This document shows positions 28,415 to 38,812 of a stretch of DNA of 64,000 nucleotides, one piece after another. Position 1 is the first letter of the stretch. Each line of letters starts with the position of its first letter. Source of the DNA: a virus; IMG/VR virus record IMGVR_UViG_3300036670_000256, positions 1-64,000 of that record; one strand, 5' to 3'. Below the pieces are notes generated by a model. That model searched no databases. It saw only the letters and a list, made by a program, of their open reading frames with translations, and was not told the origin of the DNA. The translations under genes were made by a program, and so were the position numbers.

Positions 28415-29599
28415 TTATAGTGCGCCAAGGTATGGAGCTCTATTTGCTGTATCTGTGACAGCTATTGTAAATTCAATTTCATTACTCTGAATGCCTAAGA
28501 AATTAATTGCTCGATATCTAAACGTTGCTATATAATTTCCTCCAAGTCCGCTGTTATCAATTTTGTTTATCCACAATTTAAACGCACCACTTAACATTTG
28601 ATTAAATGTAATTATTTTATTTGTTTGAAAAGCCATTGCATTTAAACCTAGTTCACCATTTTCCTGATTACTGAACTCACTATTAAACAATAATTGAGTA
28701 ATAATAATTTCAGTCATTTGGTTTGAAGTTTGATTTAAAAGACCTTCAAGTAATGTTGCTTTTGTAAATATGTAAGTCGAAACAGCAGCGCTATTTGAAG
28801 AATCATAAGTAATTTCAATACGTTTTTTAGGTACGTAAAAAGAAGTGTTTGGAGCGTCAATACTAGTAAATCTAACTATGTACAAAATAACGTCTATATC
28901 TGTAAAAGAACCTTCTAGGTTTTGAAAATTAGTTAAGATTAAACTATTTCCATTTTCTGCGTAAGAATAAGTATCAACTACATTGTTTTCAATAAGTTCT
29001 TTAGGACTTAGAGTTAACGGAAAGTTGGTGTTTCCACCAGGCTTTAAAGGATAAGAAAATGTTTCTGAAATATATCTTTTTACATTAAAGTTGTGTTGTA
29101 ATATTCCTCCGCTTGTTAGTATTTGTTGTTTTGTAAAAACAAATATTCTTTCTTGTATTGCTAAATTTGCATTTTGATCTATTAGCACTTGAGCGGTGTT
29201 GCCCGGAGGTCCAACTAAGCTTAAAAGCCATTGGTTTAAAGTTCCTGTGTAACCGTTTATTTGAGCTAGTTGAAATAGATTTAAAGGAACTCCACCAAAC
29301 TCAATAAAATTAAAACTCAATCCTGAATAATTTGTATTATCGTAAGTTGAACCAGTAGGATAAACAAAATTTGTAGGTAATAATTTTACTGTTCCAACAG
29401 GCAAAACATCTGTCCATTGATAATGTTTTTTTGTTTCATGACAAAAAACCACCATGCCTCTATAATATCTGTAAGCATTTACATTTTGCTCTCCTAAATT
29501 TATTAGTTCTGCAATTGTATTTGCCATTGATTTTGCATCTAAAGGTGCTTGTCCTTCTACCTGATAAGATTGTGCAACACTAGCGAAATTACTGTCCAT
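28415..29599 (-). CDS. tail fibre/hub-like protein (start MDSNF at 29599)
   Basis: N-terminal PLDAK motif and GYTGTLNQWLLSLVGPPG segment typical of phage fibre proteins. Confidence 0.6.
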   Translation of the reverse strand: MDSNFASVAQSYQVEGQAPLDAKSMANTIAELINLGEQNVNAYRYYRGMVVFCHETKKHYQWTDVLPVGTVKLLPTNFVYPTGSTYDNTNYSGLSFNFIEFGGVPLNLFQLAQINGYTGTLNQWLLSLVGPPGNTAQVLIDQNANLAIQERIFVFTKQQILTSGGILQHNFNVKRYISETFSYPLKPGGNTNFPLTLSPKELIENNVVDTYSYAENGNSLILTNFQNLEGSFTDIDVILYIVRFTSIDAPNTSFYVPKKRIEITYDSSNSAAVSTYIFTKATLLEGLLNQTSNQMTEIIITQLLFNSEFSNQENGELGLNAMAFQTNKIITFNQMLSGAFKLWINKIDNSGLGGNYIATFRYRAINFLGIQSNEIEFTIAVTDTANRAPYLGAL

Positions 29600-30590
29600 T
29601 ATAATTGAATTTAAAAAAGATTGAACTTGTTGTTTTGTATTCCTTTGATACAAAAATAACTTTTCTTTTTGTAACATCGTAAAAGTAAAAAAGTGAACTA
29701 TTCATTGACATATTTAAAAGATCAAATATTTCAATAGAATTTGGTCCAACATTTTCTATGCAAAAACCAATCTGACCAACGTATGGAAAAGAAAAAGTAT
29801 ATCCTCCAATTGCTTGTTGTAAAGTTATTTGTTCTTTTGTCGCCAAAAATGCATCTGTAATTTCAGAAACATCATCTATTTTCTCGTTAACATTAGGCAT
29901 TTGCCAAAACCATAATTTATTTTCCATAGTTGTTTCGTCGCTTATTGAAGTTATACAATCACAAGATTTACAATAATCTTGTGCAAAAAATTTATCATAT
30001 TCGGAAAGGTGTATACCGGCAAGTTGTCTCATTTTTACTAAACTTTCCATACTAGGAAAGAAGTCAGAACCTGATGAATATCCGCAAAGATTTTCCCACT
30101 CTGTTTTGTATTCTCTACGTAATTGTTGTGAACCTTCTCCCATAAATACTTTTGGAGAATACAATTTAAAAACAATGTATGCAACTACAGCTGCAGCGTG
30201 ATTGTATGTTGTTATTGGATTACCATCACCATCACATTGTAAACCCCAATAAGTAAAAGTAATTTTTGTTCTTTCTACTTTGTCACACATAATAATATGT
30301 GAAATATTTTCAATATAATGACCTTGACAAATACCATCATGGCAGCAACCAACTTTGTCTATCATTACAAAATCAGAAGGTTTTTTTATTTTTTTGCCAT
30401 CAAAGTTTCCGTTACCTACATGAAAAACCATTTTTTTATTTACAAAAAAACCAGCATACGGATTTATTTCTCTTTCGGCCTGAGCTATTAATAATCTAAT
30501 AGTAGGATATTGATTTCTCAAATTTTCAATACCGGTTTCTTGTTTTACATCTTCAATTATTTGAGAGAAGCTATATAATCCTGAATTCAT
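29589..30590 (-). CDS. tail ring/tubular protein, 333 aa
   Basis: Synteny with crAss ring genes; KKPSDFVMI and AVVAYIVFK motifs like adaptor proteins. Confidence 0.6.
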   Translation of the reverse strand: MNSGLYSFSQIIEDVKQETGIENLRNQYPTIRLLIAQAEREINPYAGFFVNKKMVFHVGNGNFDGKKIKKPSDFVMIDKVGCCHDGICQGHYIENISHIIMCDKVERTKITFTYWGLQCDGDGNPITTYNHAAAVVAYIVFKLYSPKVFMGEGSQQLRREYKTEWENLCGYSSGSDFFPSMESLVKMRQLAGIHLSEYDKFFAQDYCKSCDCITSISDETTMENKLWFWQMPNVNEKIDDVSEITDAFLATKEQITLQQAIGGYTFSFPYVGQIGFCIENVGPNSIEIFDLLNMSMNSSLFYFYDVTKRKVIFVSKEYKTTSSIFFKFNYNGQ

Positions 30591-30594
30591 ATTT

Positions 30595-31041
30595 TTAGTT
30601 TTTAATAGTTATACTGCAATGCTGTTGGTGTACTAAATTATTAACTGTAAGTAAATCGTCAACGTTTTTACTTTGTTTCCATTCGTTTTCTATTACAGGT
30701 AATCTGTTTGAAGAACCGGTTAGCTTTTTAATTTTCATAGCATATTCAAATCTAAACGAAGGTCGATTATACCAAAATAAACCTATAGATTGAGAGGTTT
30801 TTATTAATTCGTTTTGAGTGTTTTTTTTCCAATTTTTTTTAATCCAATTTCCACATTTGTTTAATCGAATATTACCTCCAAATAAAAAGTACAAAGGTTT
30901 ATTTAAAAAATAAACATCATAAAAATAAATGGTTAAGAATTTTAATAATATTTTCTTGTATAGACCAATGTTTATTTTATGATGTTTATTTTTTGAATAT
31001 TCTTTATAAAAATATGATATTCTTATACTTTCTCTATCCAT
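30595..31041 (-). CDS. IHF/HU-like protein of the crAss structural module, 148 aa
   Basis: Basic; LFGGNIRL HU-like turn; conserved position among ring genes. Confidence 0.5.
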   Translation of the reverse strand: MDRESIRISYFYKEYSKNKHHKINIGLYKKILLKFLTIYFYDVYFLNKPLYFLFGGNIRLNKCGNWIKKNWKKNTQNELIKTSQSIGLFWYNRPSFRFEYAMKIKKLTGSSNRLPVIENEWKQSKNVDDLLTVNNLVHQQHCSITIKN

Positions 31042-31765
31042 CTAATTCTTGTTCTGTTTTCTGATTTATACTGTCGTTTCTGCTATTCGAAATTTCATCT
31101 GATTTTGCTTGTGCCATAATTCCAAATTCTTTTCTTAAAAGCTGAGAAGTTAATTCTTCTAATTTTTCTGCAGGAAATGGATAAATATCGTTTTCCCAAT
31201 CGTATCCTGGTTGATCGCTAGGATTTACTAAAACTCCAAAAAAGTCAACTGTTATTTTTTTTGTTTTAGATTCAGAATTTTGTATTTGTTGTTCGTTAAG
31301 TTCTTCTAAAATACTATCAATTAAAATAGCATTTTCACCTTCTCCATTTAAACAAATGTCTTTTATGCCAGGATAAATACTCAAAGTGTTTTGCTCTGTT
31401 TTTGCTTGAACTAATTTTTTTCCAAAAGGATTTCTTTTACTTAAATTAAATTGTTCTGAAGTTACAATTGGTATTGAAATTCCATTTTTTTCTAAATAAA
31501 AACCATAGTCTTTTGTAAATCTTACTGTTTTTGGTATTTGATTTTTAAATCCTATTCCAACGTTTCCTAATAGTTCTAATGGTATTTTTTGAAAAACTTC
31601 ATCGTTTACAATAACTCCATCTTTATAGTATTTTCTCATGCAATCCAAACGATAAATATTAATGTAGTTTCTCATTAATCTTTCTGTCGTTGGTTCATCG
31701 TTATTGTGTTCGGCATTTCTAACCGTATTTAATAAACTATAAACTATTTCAATTTCTGTTTTCAT
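31034..31765 (-). CDS. tail ring protein, 243 aa
   Basis: MKTEIEIVY start, YPFP motif and C-terminal SDEISNS, like crAss ring proteins. Confidence 0.6.
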   Translation of the reverse strand: MKTEIEIVYSLLNTVRNAEHNNDEPTTERLMRNYINIYRLDCMRKYYKDGVIVNDEVFQKIPLELLGNVGIGFKNQIPKTVRFTKDYGFYLEKNGISIPIVTSEQFNLSKRNPFGKKLVQAKTEQNTLSIYPGIKDICLNGEGENAILIDSILEELNEQQIQNSESKTKKITVDFFGVLVNPSDQPGYDWENDIYPFPAEKLEELTSQLLRKEFGIMAQAKSDEISNSRNDSINQKTEQELDG

Positions 31766-32436
31766 TATTTATTTCTTTTACCAAATGAATCTGCAAATTG
31801 GAAATTAGCAACTGCATCTGAATCTCCTGTACTAAATCGTAAAGCGTTTGCTGTTTTTAAAAGAATTTTTTCAATAGACATATCTGGTAAATCCACTATT
31901 CTTTCAGTTAAATCATTTATGTCGCCAAAAGTTGGTTTTTTGATGTAAGCAATGAGTGCCTTTGAATAAACTACACTTGCGTCACCTACATTTACCTTAA
32001 ACACATTTGAGTGTCTAAAAACGCTTGGATAGTCGTGGTTTGATTTTCGGAAAGGATCTCTTTCGTAAGAAAACTTTTGACCTTCTTTTTGAATGTCAAC
32101 TTTTTTTGCTCTTTGCTCTAAACGATTTGTTTTGGTATCTAAAAACAATGGAACCAGACTGACTAATCTAAGATAGTCGTCTGGCTCTATGCATGTCCAT
32201 AGATACGGATAAATAGAATCTTGTACTAAGTTGAAGTTTTTTTCAACTAATAAAGGTTTTATATCATCGGAAATTTCTTGAGTAGCTTCTAAAACTATCG
32301 TGTTTTCTCTAATGAAATCTAAAGTAGTTGTAATGAATCTGTTTAGTTTTATTGGTAAAGGAAAATAATCACTTCCCATTTTATCTAAAAGTTCATCTAA
32401 ATATCTGTCGCAAAAATCTAAGTCGTATCTAGCCAT
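31765..32436 (-). CDS. head-tail adaptor / ring protein, 223 aa
   Basis: LDKMGS, PDDYL and YIKKP motifs; synteny. Confidence 0.6.
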   Translation of the reverse strand: MARYDLDFCDRYLDELLDKMGSDYFPLPIKLNRFITTTLDFIRENTIVLEATQEISDDIKPLLVEKNFNLVQDSIYPYLWTCIEPDDYLRLVSLVPLFLDTKTNRLEQRAKKVDIQKEGQKFSYERDPFRKSNHDYPSVFRHSNVFKVNVGDASVVYSKALIAYIKKPTFGDINDLTERIVDLPDMSIEKILLKTANALRFSTGDSDAVANFQFADSFGKRNK

Positions 32437-32446
32437 TGTTTTTAAT

Positions 32447-33253
32447 TTACATCATTACTTTTGTAAAATTATCTTTCACATCTTTTTGATGCTGCAGATA
32501 AAGTTCTTTGTTTTCATCATAATAATTTATGATGTGATCAATACTAGCACCAACTGGTCTATCACCAATTTTATAAATACCACCGATATCCACAATTCTT
32601 TCCATATTGATTAATTCTCTAATATAGAATTTCATTTCAGTTTCGTTGATGTTATTAATGGCATCAGTAAACAATTTAATGTTTTTAACTTCTCTTTGAA
32701 TAAACATATCAATAGACTCTTTCAAGATGATTTTATATCTTTTTTCGTCTAAAATATTGTTTCTATAAACTATGCCAAAACTAGAGCATAACCAAATAAG
32801 TTTTTCTTTTGAAATTGACTTTTCAGTAGAAAACAAAACGGCACGAGCTTCAATAAGTTTGATTTTAACATCGTAATTGTCCGTTTGAACTTTATCCATG
32901 TTAGTAATCATAAACTTTGATTTAGGACTTTTAATTCTTAGATCAACAAGTTTTTTATGGTCTGCATCACTCATTCCTCCAATTCTTACATCAGGATGTT
33001 GAATAAACACTTGAACATTGTGATGATCTAAAACGCTTTCGTCTGGTCTTAAACCTACACTTACTTTTGAAATTAATAAAGAATCTACGTCTCCGGCTTC
33101 TGTTTTGAATAGCATTTTACTTTCTGGTCCTTTACCAAAAGGTACAAATGCGTTGATGTTAGTTAAAGTAAATTTTTTAGCATCACGATTTACCGCGAAT
33201 TTAAATCTACCAATTGTACTAACACTTAAATTTCCGAGATTTACATTTTTCAT
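32447..33253 (-). CDS. conserved protein downstream of MCP, 268 aa
   Basis: Long ORF in head module; function not recognisable. Confidence 0.7.
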   Translation of the reverse strand: MKNVNLGNLSVSTIGRFKFAVNRDAKKFTLTNINAFVPFGKGPESKMLFKTEAGDVDSLLISKVSVGLRPDESVLDHHNVQVFIQHPDVRIGGMSDADHKKLVDLRIKSPKSKFMITNMDKVQTDNYDVKIKLIEARAVLFSTEKSISKEKLIWLCSSFGIVYRNNILDEKRYKIILKESIDMFIQREVKNIKLFTDAINNINETEMKFYIRELINMERIVDIGGIYKIGDRPVGASIDHIINYYDENKELYLQHQKDVKDNFTKVMM

Positions 33254-33280
33254 TTTTATATAAAATTTAATTAATATTCT

Positions 33281-33316
33281 AAAAAAAAAGCAAGCGAAAT
33301 TGTTCCGCTTGCTTTA
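33281..33316 (-). terminator. intrinsic terminator after MCP
   Basis: AAAAGCAAGCG-aaattgttc-CGCTTGCTTTT with T9 tail on the minus strand. Confidence 0.85.
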
Positions 33317-33333
33317 TTTAATCTTTATTCAAA

Positions 33334-35040
33334 TTATCGGATTGTTGGAAATCCTGAAAGCCCAGCATTACCAGCTAAAGCACCTCCAGCATATCTTCCA
33401 TCTCCGCGAATAACAGCACAAGTATCTTCTACGTAGCATATTGGGAACAATTCTGCTAAGTAGTGACAGAAACCTCCATCAAAACCTGAACTAGCAAACA
33501 TTGATCCGTCTCTTGCTGGATCAAGTGAGTGCATACCATCAACATATTTTTTCTTAAAGAAACGACCTTGACCTCTAGAGAATAACTCAAAGTTAGAAAC
33601 TCCTTCGAATGGCGTAACGTTTAAGATATACATGTTACCTGAACCAACTAATCCACCAGAACGATTATTTAAACCAGGGTGAGAGAACAATTCATCTTTC
33701 ATGAACATGTACTCATTTCCTTTGTAGTAGTATGATTCTACTTCAAATCCTAATTTAACTTTTTCACCACCGGTAATGTTTTGAACAATGTTTGTATTAT
33801 GAACTGCAGAAATAGAAGCACCGTTAGATACATTCCATCCTAATAGTTTTTTCATTGCTGTATCCCAATTGTGATAAGCTAAATCATCACCTAAGACTAC
33901 AAATTGATTTCCCGTAGAACCTGCTGGAGAATTACCCGCTAAAACGTTTCCAACTGACTCTAACAAGTGAGGACTGAAACCAGTATTTACATCGTAAGAT
34001 AAATCAATAGTATCTTTAATTTGACGTACCCAACCATCAGAAGTTCTTGGAGCAACAATACCAGCTTCTGGGTTCATGTGTGCAGATGTCAATAAATTTT
34101 TACCACTATTCTCAAACCATTGGTGAGTAGATGGATCCATTGAACTTACAGAAAAACGACAAGCCAATTCTAATGCAATTGCAAAGTTTTGATCGGCTAA
34201 CCATTCTTGTTCGTACTGCCACATGTTAGATTCATTTTTATGACCTTGCATAGCGCCTGATGCTGATGCTGGATTTGCCCAAATTACTTTTCTTTGGTCT
34301 AATGCATTTCCTGTAAATGAAAGTGTGTAACGTGAAATAAATGAATAAAAGATTTTCCAGTATGACTGGTCATATCTTTGGTAACCTCTCATAGAACCTT
34401 CTCCGTAGTAGTTACCACCTTCCATTAATACTTCATCTTCTGTTAAACCAGCTTCATCCCAATCATTAGGCTGTCCAATTACTTTGAAATCTAATATAAA
34501 ATGATCTCCGGTAATTGATTCTCTAATTCTTTGGATGTAAAGCAAAGTACCTAAACCGCCATTTAAAACAACAGAATCTTGAGGATTAAATTTATCTCCA
34601 TAAATTCCTTCTGCCGGGTTATGCTTAATAGCAAATGAACCAATCATGTCTGTTTGAACATTAGAAGAAGTTGCTGTACCACTGTAAGTAACTCCAGCTA
34701 CTAAAGTCATGTCTGGTTTTGGGTTTGTTTCGTCAAAAAATTGACCCATAACACAAGCATTCATTGAAAAAGCAGGCTTAATGTTTAATGCTCTAAATTT
34801 TACACGATACGCGTTGTCGTGGACTTCTTTGTCCGCGCTTGGTCTCTTAATCCAACCGGCTTTTGTTCCACCATCAACACGACCTGTATGAAACAGAAAC
34901 GATGTGAATTTAGTGTAACGCTCAAATCGGCTAATTACTTTGTTGTGAACCGCAAAATCTTTATTCATTTGCGATGTTAAAGACAATTCCTCAGTGTGCA
35001 TTTGAGGATTGAATGTTTCGGATGTACCTTTAAATAACAT
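33334..35040 (-). CDS. major capsid protein (crAss-type HK97 fold), 568 aa
   Basis: Position after portal and scaffold; own terminator; highly expressed codon style; EGS and SSGFDG motifs. Confidence 0.8.
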   Translation of the reverse strand: MLFKGTSETFNPQMHTEELSLTSQMNKDFAVHNKVISRFERYTKFTSFLFHTGRVDGGTKAGWIKRPSADKEVHDNAYRVKFRALNIKPAFSMNACVMGQFFDETNPKPDMTLVAGVTYSGTATSSNVQTDMIGSFAIKHNPAEGIYGDKFNPQDSVVLNGGLGTLLYIQRIRESITGDHFILDFKVIGQPNDWDEAGLTEDEVLMEGGNYYGEGSMRGYQRYDQSYWKIFYSFISRYTLSFTGNALDQRKVIWANPASASGAMQGHKNESNMWQYEQEWLADQNFAIALELACRFSVSSMDPSTHQWFENSGKNLLTSAHMNPEAGIVAPRTSDGWVRQIKDTIDLSYDVNTGFSPHLLESVGNVLAGNSPAGSTGNQFVVLGDDLAYHNWDTAMKKLLGWNVSNGASISAVHNTNIVQNITGGEKVKLGFEVESYYYKGNEYMFMKDELFSHPGLNNRSGGLVGSGNMYILNVTPFEGVSNFELFSRGQGRFFKKKYVDGMHSLDPARDGSMFASSGFDGGFCHYLAELFPICYVEDTCAVIRGDGRYAGGALAGNAGLSGFPTIR

Positions 35041-35167
35041 TACTTTTGTGTTTGTGATTAAACTTCTTTTAATTTTGTTAATACAGAAAAAATGTTTTTA
35101 GAAGAATTCTTTTGACCTGTCAAAAGACAATTACTAAATAAGTTTCCAAATACCCAACGACATGTCG

Positions 35168-36292
35168 TTATAAGTATTCTTTCACTAATCCAGCTGTTCT
35201 TCTATCTTTCATGTCTTCTTCTTTAACAACTGGCATGTTCCACGCAGATCTACCACTTTTTAATCCTCCTTGTCCTTTCGATGAATCAATATTCATTGCA
35301 TTTTGAAGAGGTGATTTTGTTGCATTTTTGTTGTCGCCAGCTATCGCGTCAACTGCAGCTTTTACTCCTTCTCCATAAGTAGGCCCACCGAATTTCCCTA
35401 TAAGTTCTTCTCGGTATTCATAATAAGTCGCGAACTCCGCAACAAGGCTTGGATCACTGTTGATAGTCTTAGAGAATTCTCCACTTCTAACTTTGTCATA
35501 AATTTTTTGAGCGCGTTCTGAATCTACCTGTAAACCCAGAATTCCGCTTTTCATAATTTCTTTTAGAGAGTCTTGAACTTTTAAACGATTGCCAGTTATT
35601 TTTTCTTTTTCAGATTTTTCTTTATCTGAAATGATTGTGTTTTTTTTGTTTTCGTTTTCAGTTACTAAATCTTTTAAATCTCTACGAACTGTATCCGCAA
35701 ATAATTTTCTTAAAGTAGAGCTGTCTTCGTATTCTGTGTATTCTACTTCTAAATCAATATCAAATTCTTCACTACCAATCATGTTTCCTTTTCCGGCAGC
35801 TTGATACGTTCTAGCTAAATCACTTTTTAATTTTTCTCTAACAATAACTTCATCGTTTTGTTTTAAAAAAGTGTTTGCTTCGCTTAGAAAACTATCAATT
35901 CTTTTTAAATCTTCTTGTTGAACTTTACTTAAATCAACTGTTTCTTTTTTTGAAACATCAAATCCTTTTTCTTTCAAACGAGCGATTAATTTTTCTTCGT
36001 CTTCGTCGTTTTCTTTTTCTTTGTTTTCAAAATTTTCTTTATCAATATCTTCATCAGAAAATCTAAATTCTTCATTTGAATTTTCTTTTTTAGCTTCGTC
36101 AATTTTTTGCTCTTGAAAGTTCTCTGTTTTTTCTACAGCCTCATTAGCGTTAAAATCATTGTTAAAACTTATGGGAATAAAATCTCCATCGTCTTCTGTT
36201 TGTAATTCAATTCCGTTTGCACCAAAGATGTCGTTTGAATTGTTGTCTTCTTGGGATATAAATGTATCTCCGGTATTTTCGTCTCCTAACAT
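35168..36292 (-). CDS. acidic scaffold-like protein, 374 aa
   Basis: Very acidic N-terminus, coiled coil, between portal and MCP. Confidence 0.65.
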   Translation of the reverse strand: MLGDENTGDTFISQEDNNSNDIFGANGIELQTEDDGDFIPISFNNDFNANEAVEKTENFQEQKIDEAKKENSNEEFRFSDEDIDKENFENKEKENDEDEEKLIARLKEKGFDVSKKETVDLSKVQQEDLKRIDSFLSEANTFLKQNDEVIVREKLKSDLARTYQAAGKGNMIGSEEFDIDLEVEYTEYEDSSTLRKLFADTVRRDLKDLVTENENKKNTIISDKEKSEKEKITGNRLKVQDSLKEIMKSGILGLQVDSERAQKIYDKVRSGEFSKTINSDPSLVAEFATYYEYREELIGKFGGPTYGEGVKAAVDAIAGDNKNATKSPLQNAMNIDSSKGQGGLKSGRSAWNMPVVKEEDMKDRRTAGLVKEYL

Positions 36293-36322
36293 AAATTTTG
36301 TTTTAAGTGATTAAATGTTTTA

Positions 36323-36330
36323 CAAAAATA
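36323..36330 (-). promoter_or_regulatory. -7 box TATTTTTG for scaffold/MCP
   Basis: TAnnTTTG match in the portal-scaffold gap. Confidence 0.5.
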
Positions 36331-36338
36331 AATTATTA

Positions 36339-38525
36339 TTATTTATTATCCGTTTTGTTCATTTCTGCGTTTTTAATTGTCATTTCTTTTTCAATATCAG
36401 CCATCTTTCTAAGATTTTGACCTCGTTCTTTTAATGCAGATTCATCTGCTTTATTGTTGGCATAAATTTTTGCAACATCAATATTATTTTGCAAACGTTC
36501 TCTGTCAAGTGCATCAACTTCTTCTTGACGTTTTACTTCTGCTTGTGCTGCTGCTTGTGCTTGTTCTTGAGCAAGTTTATTGTTTTCTTGTTTCATTTTC
36601 TCTAAAGCTTCAAGTCCTTTATCTAAAATTGATTCTGCTTCAGTAGAACTATCTGCATTGTGAATTTTAATTAAATCTCGGAAAGCTTGTTGAGAACCAA
36701 CGTTTGCAAAAGCATTATCAGCCATTGTATCAACACGTTTTTTTCTTTCGTATTCTTGTCGGTTATCTCCAATATAAACTCCCATATCGTCCATAAAGAA
36801 TTCAGGCATTACTTCTAAAAACTTTTGTTGATTGTCGCCGCCAAAATAAGAGAATACTTGATTTTCTTCGTAAACATGTTTTCCTTTTAAAACAATTCTT
36901 TCTTGTAATGTATCAACAAACGTATCGAAAATTCCATATATTTCTTCTAGTCTATCAGATGATCTACTTTCAGAAATTTCAGCTACAGTAGCTTTTTGAT
37001 AGGGATTTTCTTGTGATGCTTTTACTCCAGTAATTTTAGTTGCTAAATCTTCAATTAAACCTAAAAGTTGTAGTAGTTCCGAACTTCTACCTTTTTGAGA
37101 AACGTTTACAGAAGACGCGTAAGGCGCGCTACGTTTATCTTTAGAATTTATAATTTGCATTCTATCTCTTTTCAAAAAGAAATTTACTTTTTCTAAAGCT
37201 CTATCTGGACCAAGTGCAGCCCATTCTTTTGGTATGTTTGATAAATCGTAAACCATTACATTACCATCAACTTGTCTAGCATTCATTCTCAATTCATATA
37301 GAATTTCTGATGCAAAATCTTGTAGGTAAACTAATTTTTTAGCAATAGATCTAACCTCTCCAATACCTACGTTGTTATCGTCTATAACACCAACTACAGG
37401 TAAAAATCTTTTTTTAGGATTTCCAATTGTTTGCATTTGTTTATCTAGAGAACCCCAAGACAAAGTAACTTCTGGACCAACCATTGTAATGTGACGTACA
37501 TCATCAATTTCCAAAGTTTTAATGGTATCGTTTCCTTTTGCTTTATCGTCTTCTTTTAGAATTTTATATTCTTCTTTTCCAGTAGTTTTATTTGTGATTA
37601 CTTTAAATCTTCTTTTAATTCTAGAAACCCACATCATAGAAGTAACTCTAATTCTAAATAAATTTTCGCTGTTTTTAAACCAACTAATGTCTGATGATTG
37701 TGATGGAGTAGAGGAATAACTTTGAATTATTTTTTTGTCTTTTTCAGTAATGTTATCAAACGTATTGAAAATTTCATTTATCGTAGAATATTTATCGTAG
37801 GTAAAATACTGTAAATCTTTTTGAACTTGTTCATGTGGATTTTGGTCATAATCACAATCTAAAGTATGAGGAACAAAAAAAGAAGGATGTCCATCTTTTT
37901 CATCTAAGTAAGTGTGAACTCTACCAGCAATACAGAAAAACCGAAGCATTTCATATATTTTTTCTTTTTCTTTTTTAACTAAAAGAACCTGGTACAAAAT
38001 ATCTTCTGCAATTTCTTCCGATACTGTTCTGAAATCTTTACCAAAAAATTCGTCAATGTTTTCTTTAACTTCTATTTCAGGATTTGGAGATTCTGGAACC
38101 ATACCTAATTCCGGTTGCATTTCTTTATTTGTATCTCTAAGTAATTTTTCTAAAACCATATCGATTTTAGCATCTAGTTTTTTGATTACTGCCTTTTCAT
38201 TATTTACAAGGCATTTTCTTTTTAAAGGTCTTCTTCTGTATTGAGATACAATTTCTTCTATTTGATTTTCAATTAAAGGATAAACGTAATATTGCGGACC
38301 AAAGTTTTGGCCGCAACGTTCAGTAATCATAGCTTTTACTTTTTTCTCTCCTTCTGGAGTAAGCTTTGCAGAATAAGCATAAAACAAATCGTTTATTTCT
38401 TTTTTTCTGCTTATAAAATCTGAGGAACTAGCGTAAGATAAATAACCTAAAATATGACTTTTATGCCATTCAATATCTTTTTGTTTTTCACTTATTCTCT
38501 GGTCTGGAAAGTTATAAATACTCAT
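36339..38525 (-). CDS. portal protein, 728 aa
   Basis: FPDQRIS..QKDIEW start, YPLI motif, C-terminal coiled coil; downstream of TerL. Confidence 0.85.
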   Translation of the reverse strand: MSIYNFPDQRISEKQKDIEWHKSHILGYLSYASSSDFISRKKEINDLFYAYSAKLTPEGEKKVKAMITERCGQNFGPQYYVYPLIENQIEEIVSQYRRRPLKRKCLVNNEKAVIKKLDAKIDMVLEKLLRDTNKEMQPELGMVPESPNPEIEVKENIDEFFGKDFRTVSEEIAEDILYQVLLVKKEKEKIYEMLRFFCIAGRVHTYLDEKDGHPSFFVPHTLDCDYDQNPHEQVQKDLQYFTYDKYSTINEIFNTFDNITEKDKKIIQSYSSTPSQSSDISWFKNSENLFRIRVTSMMWVSRIKRRFKVITNKTTGKEEYKILKEDDKAKGNDTIKTLEIDDVRHITMVGPEVTLSWGSLDKQMQTIGNPKKRFLPVVGVIDDNNVGIGEVRSIAKKLVYLQDFASEILYELRMNARQVDGNVMVYDLSNIPKEWAALGPDRALEKVNFFLKRDRMQIINSKDKRSAPYASSVNVSQKGRSSELLQLLGLIEDLATKITGVKASQENPYQKATVAEISESRSSDRLEEIYGIFDTFVDTLQERIVLKGKHVYEENQVFSYFGGDNQQKFLEVMPEFFMDDMGVYIGDNRQEYERKKRVDTMADNAFANVGSQQAFRDLIKIHNADSSTEAESILDKGLEALEKMKQENNKLAQEQAQAAAQAEVKRQEEVDALDRERLQNNIDVAKIYANNKADESALKERGQNLRKMADIEKEMTIKNAEMNKTDNK

Positions 38526-38812
38526 AAGATAGTTATGTTATGTTGTTTTTTAAATTCGTTCCAAGTCATTTCTTGCATGAAGTTTGGAAATATTTTTTCG
38601 TGATTACAAGATGTAGGTTCTGCTAAAACATCATTTGGATTACATTTGCAAAAATTACATTTTTTTTGAGCAATACAGCTTTTACAAATATACGCTCTAA
38701 ATCTAATTTGTTCTATTTGTGTTTTTTTAAAAGGTCTGTTAGGATAGTCGTTTTTTACTTTTTCAAAAAAATCAACAAACTCTTTGTCTTCTAAGTTTAA
38801 TATTAAATTCAT
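38522..38812 (-). CDS. small Cys-rich (probable Zn-binding) protein, 96 aa
   Basis: CKSC..CNFCKC..C pattern; translationally coupled to terL and portal. Confidence 0.7.
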   Translation of the reverse strand: MNLILNLEDKEFVDFFEKVKNDYPNRPFKKTQIEQIRFRAYICKSCIAQKKCNFCKCNPNDVLAEPTSCNHEKIFPNFMQEMTWNEFKKQHNITIL

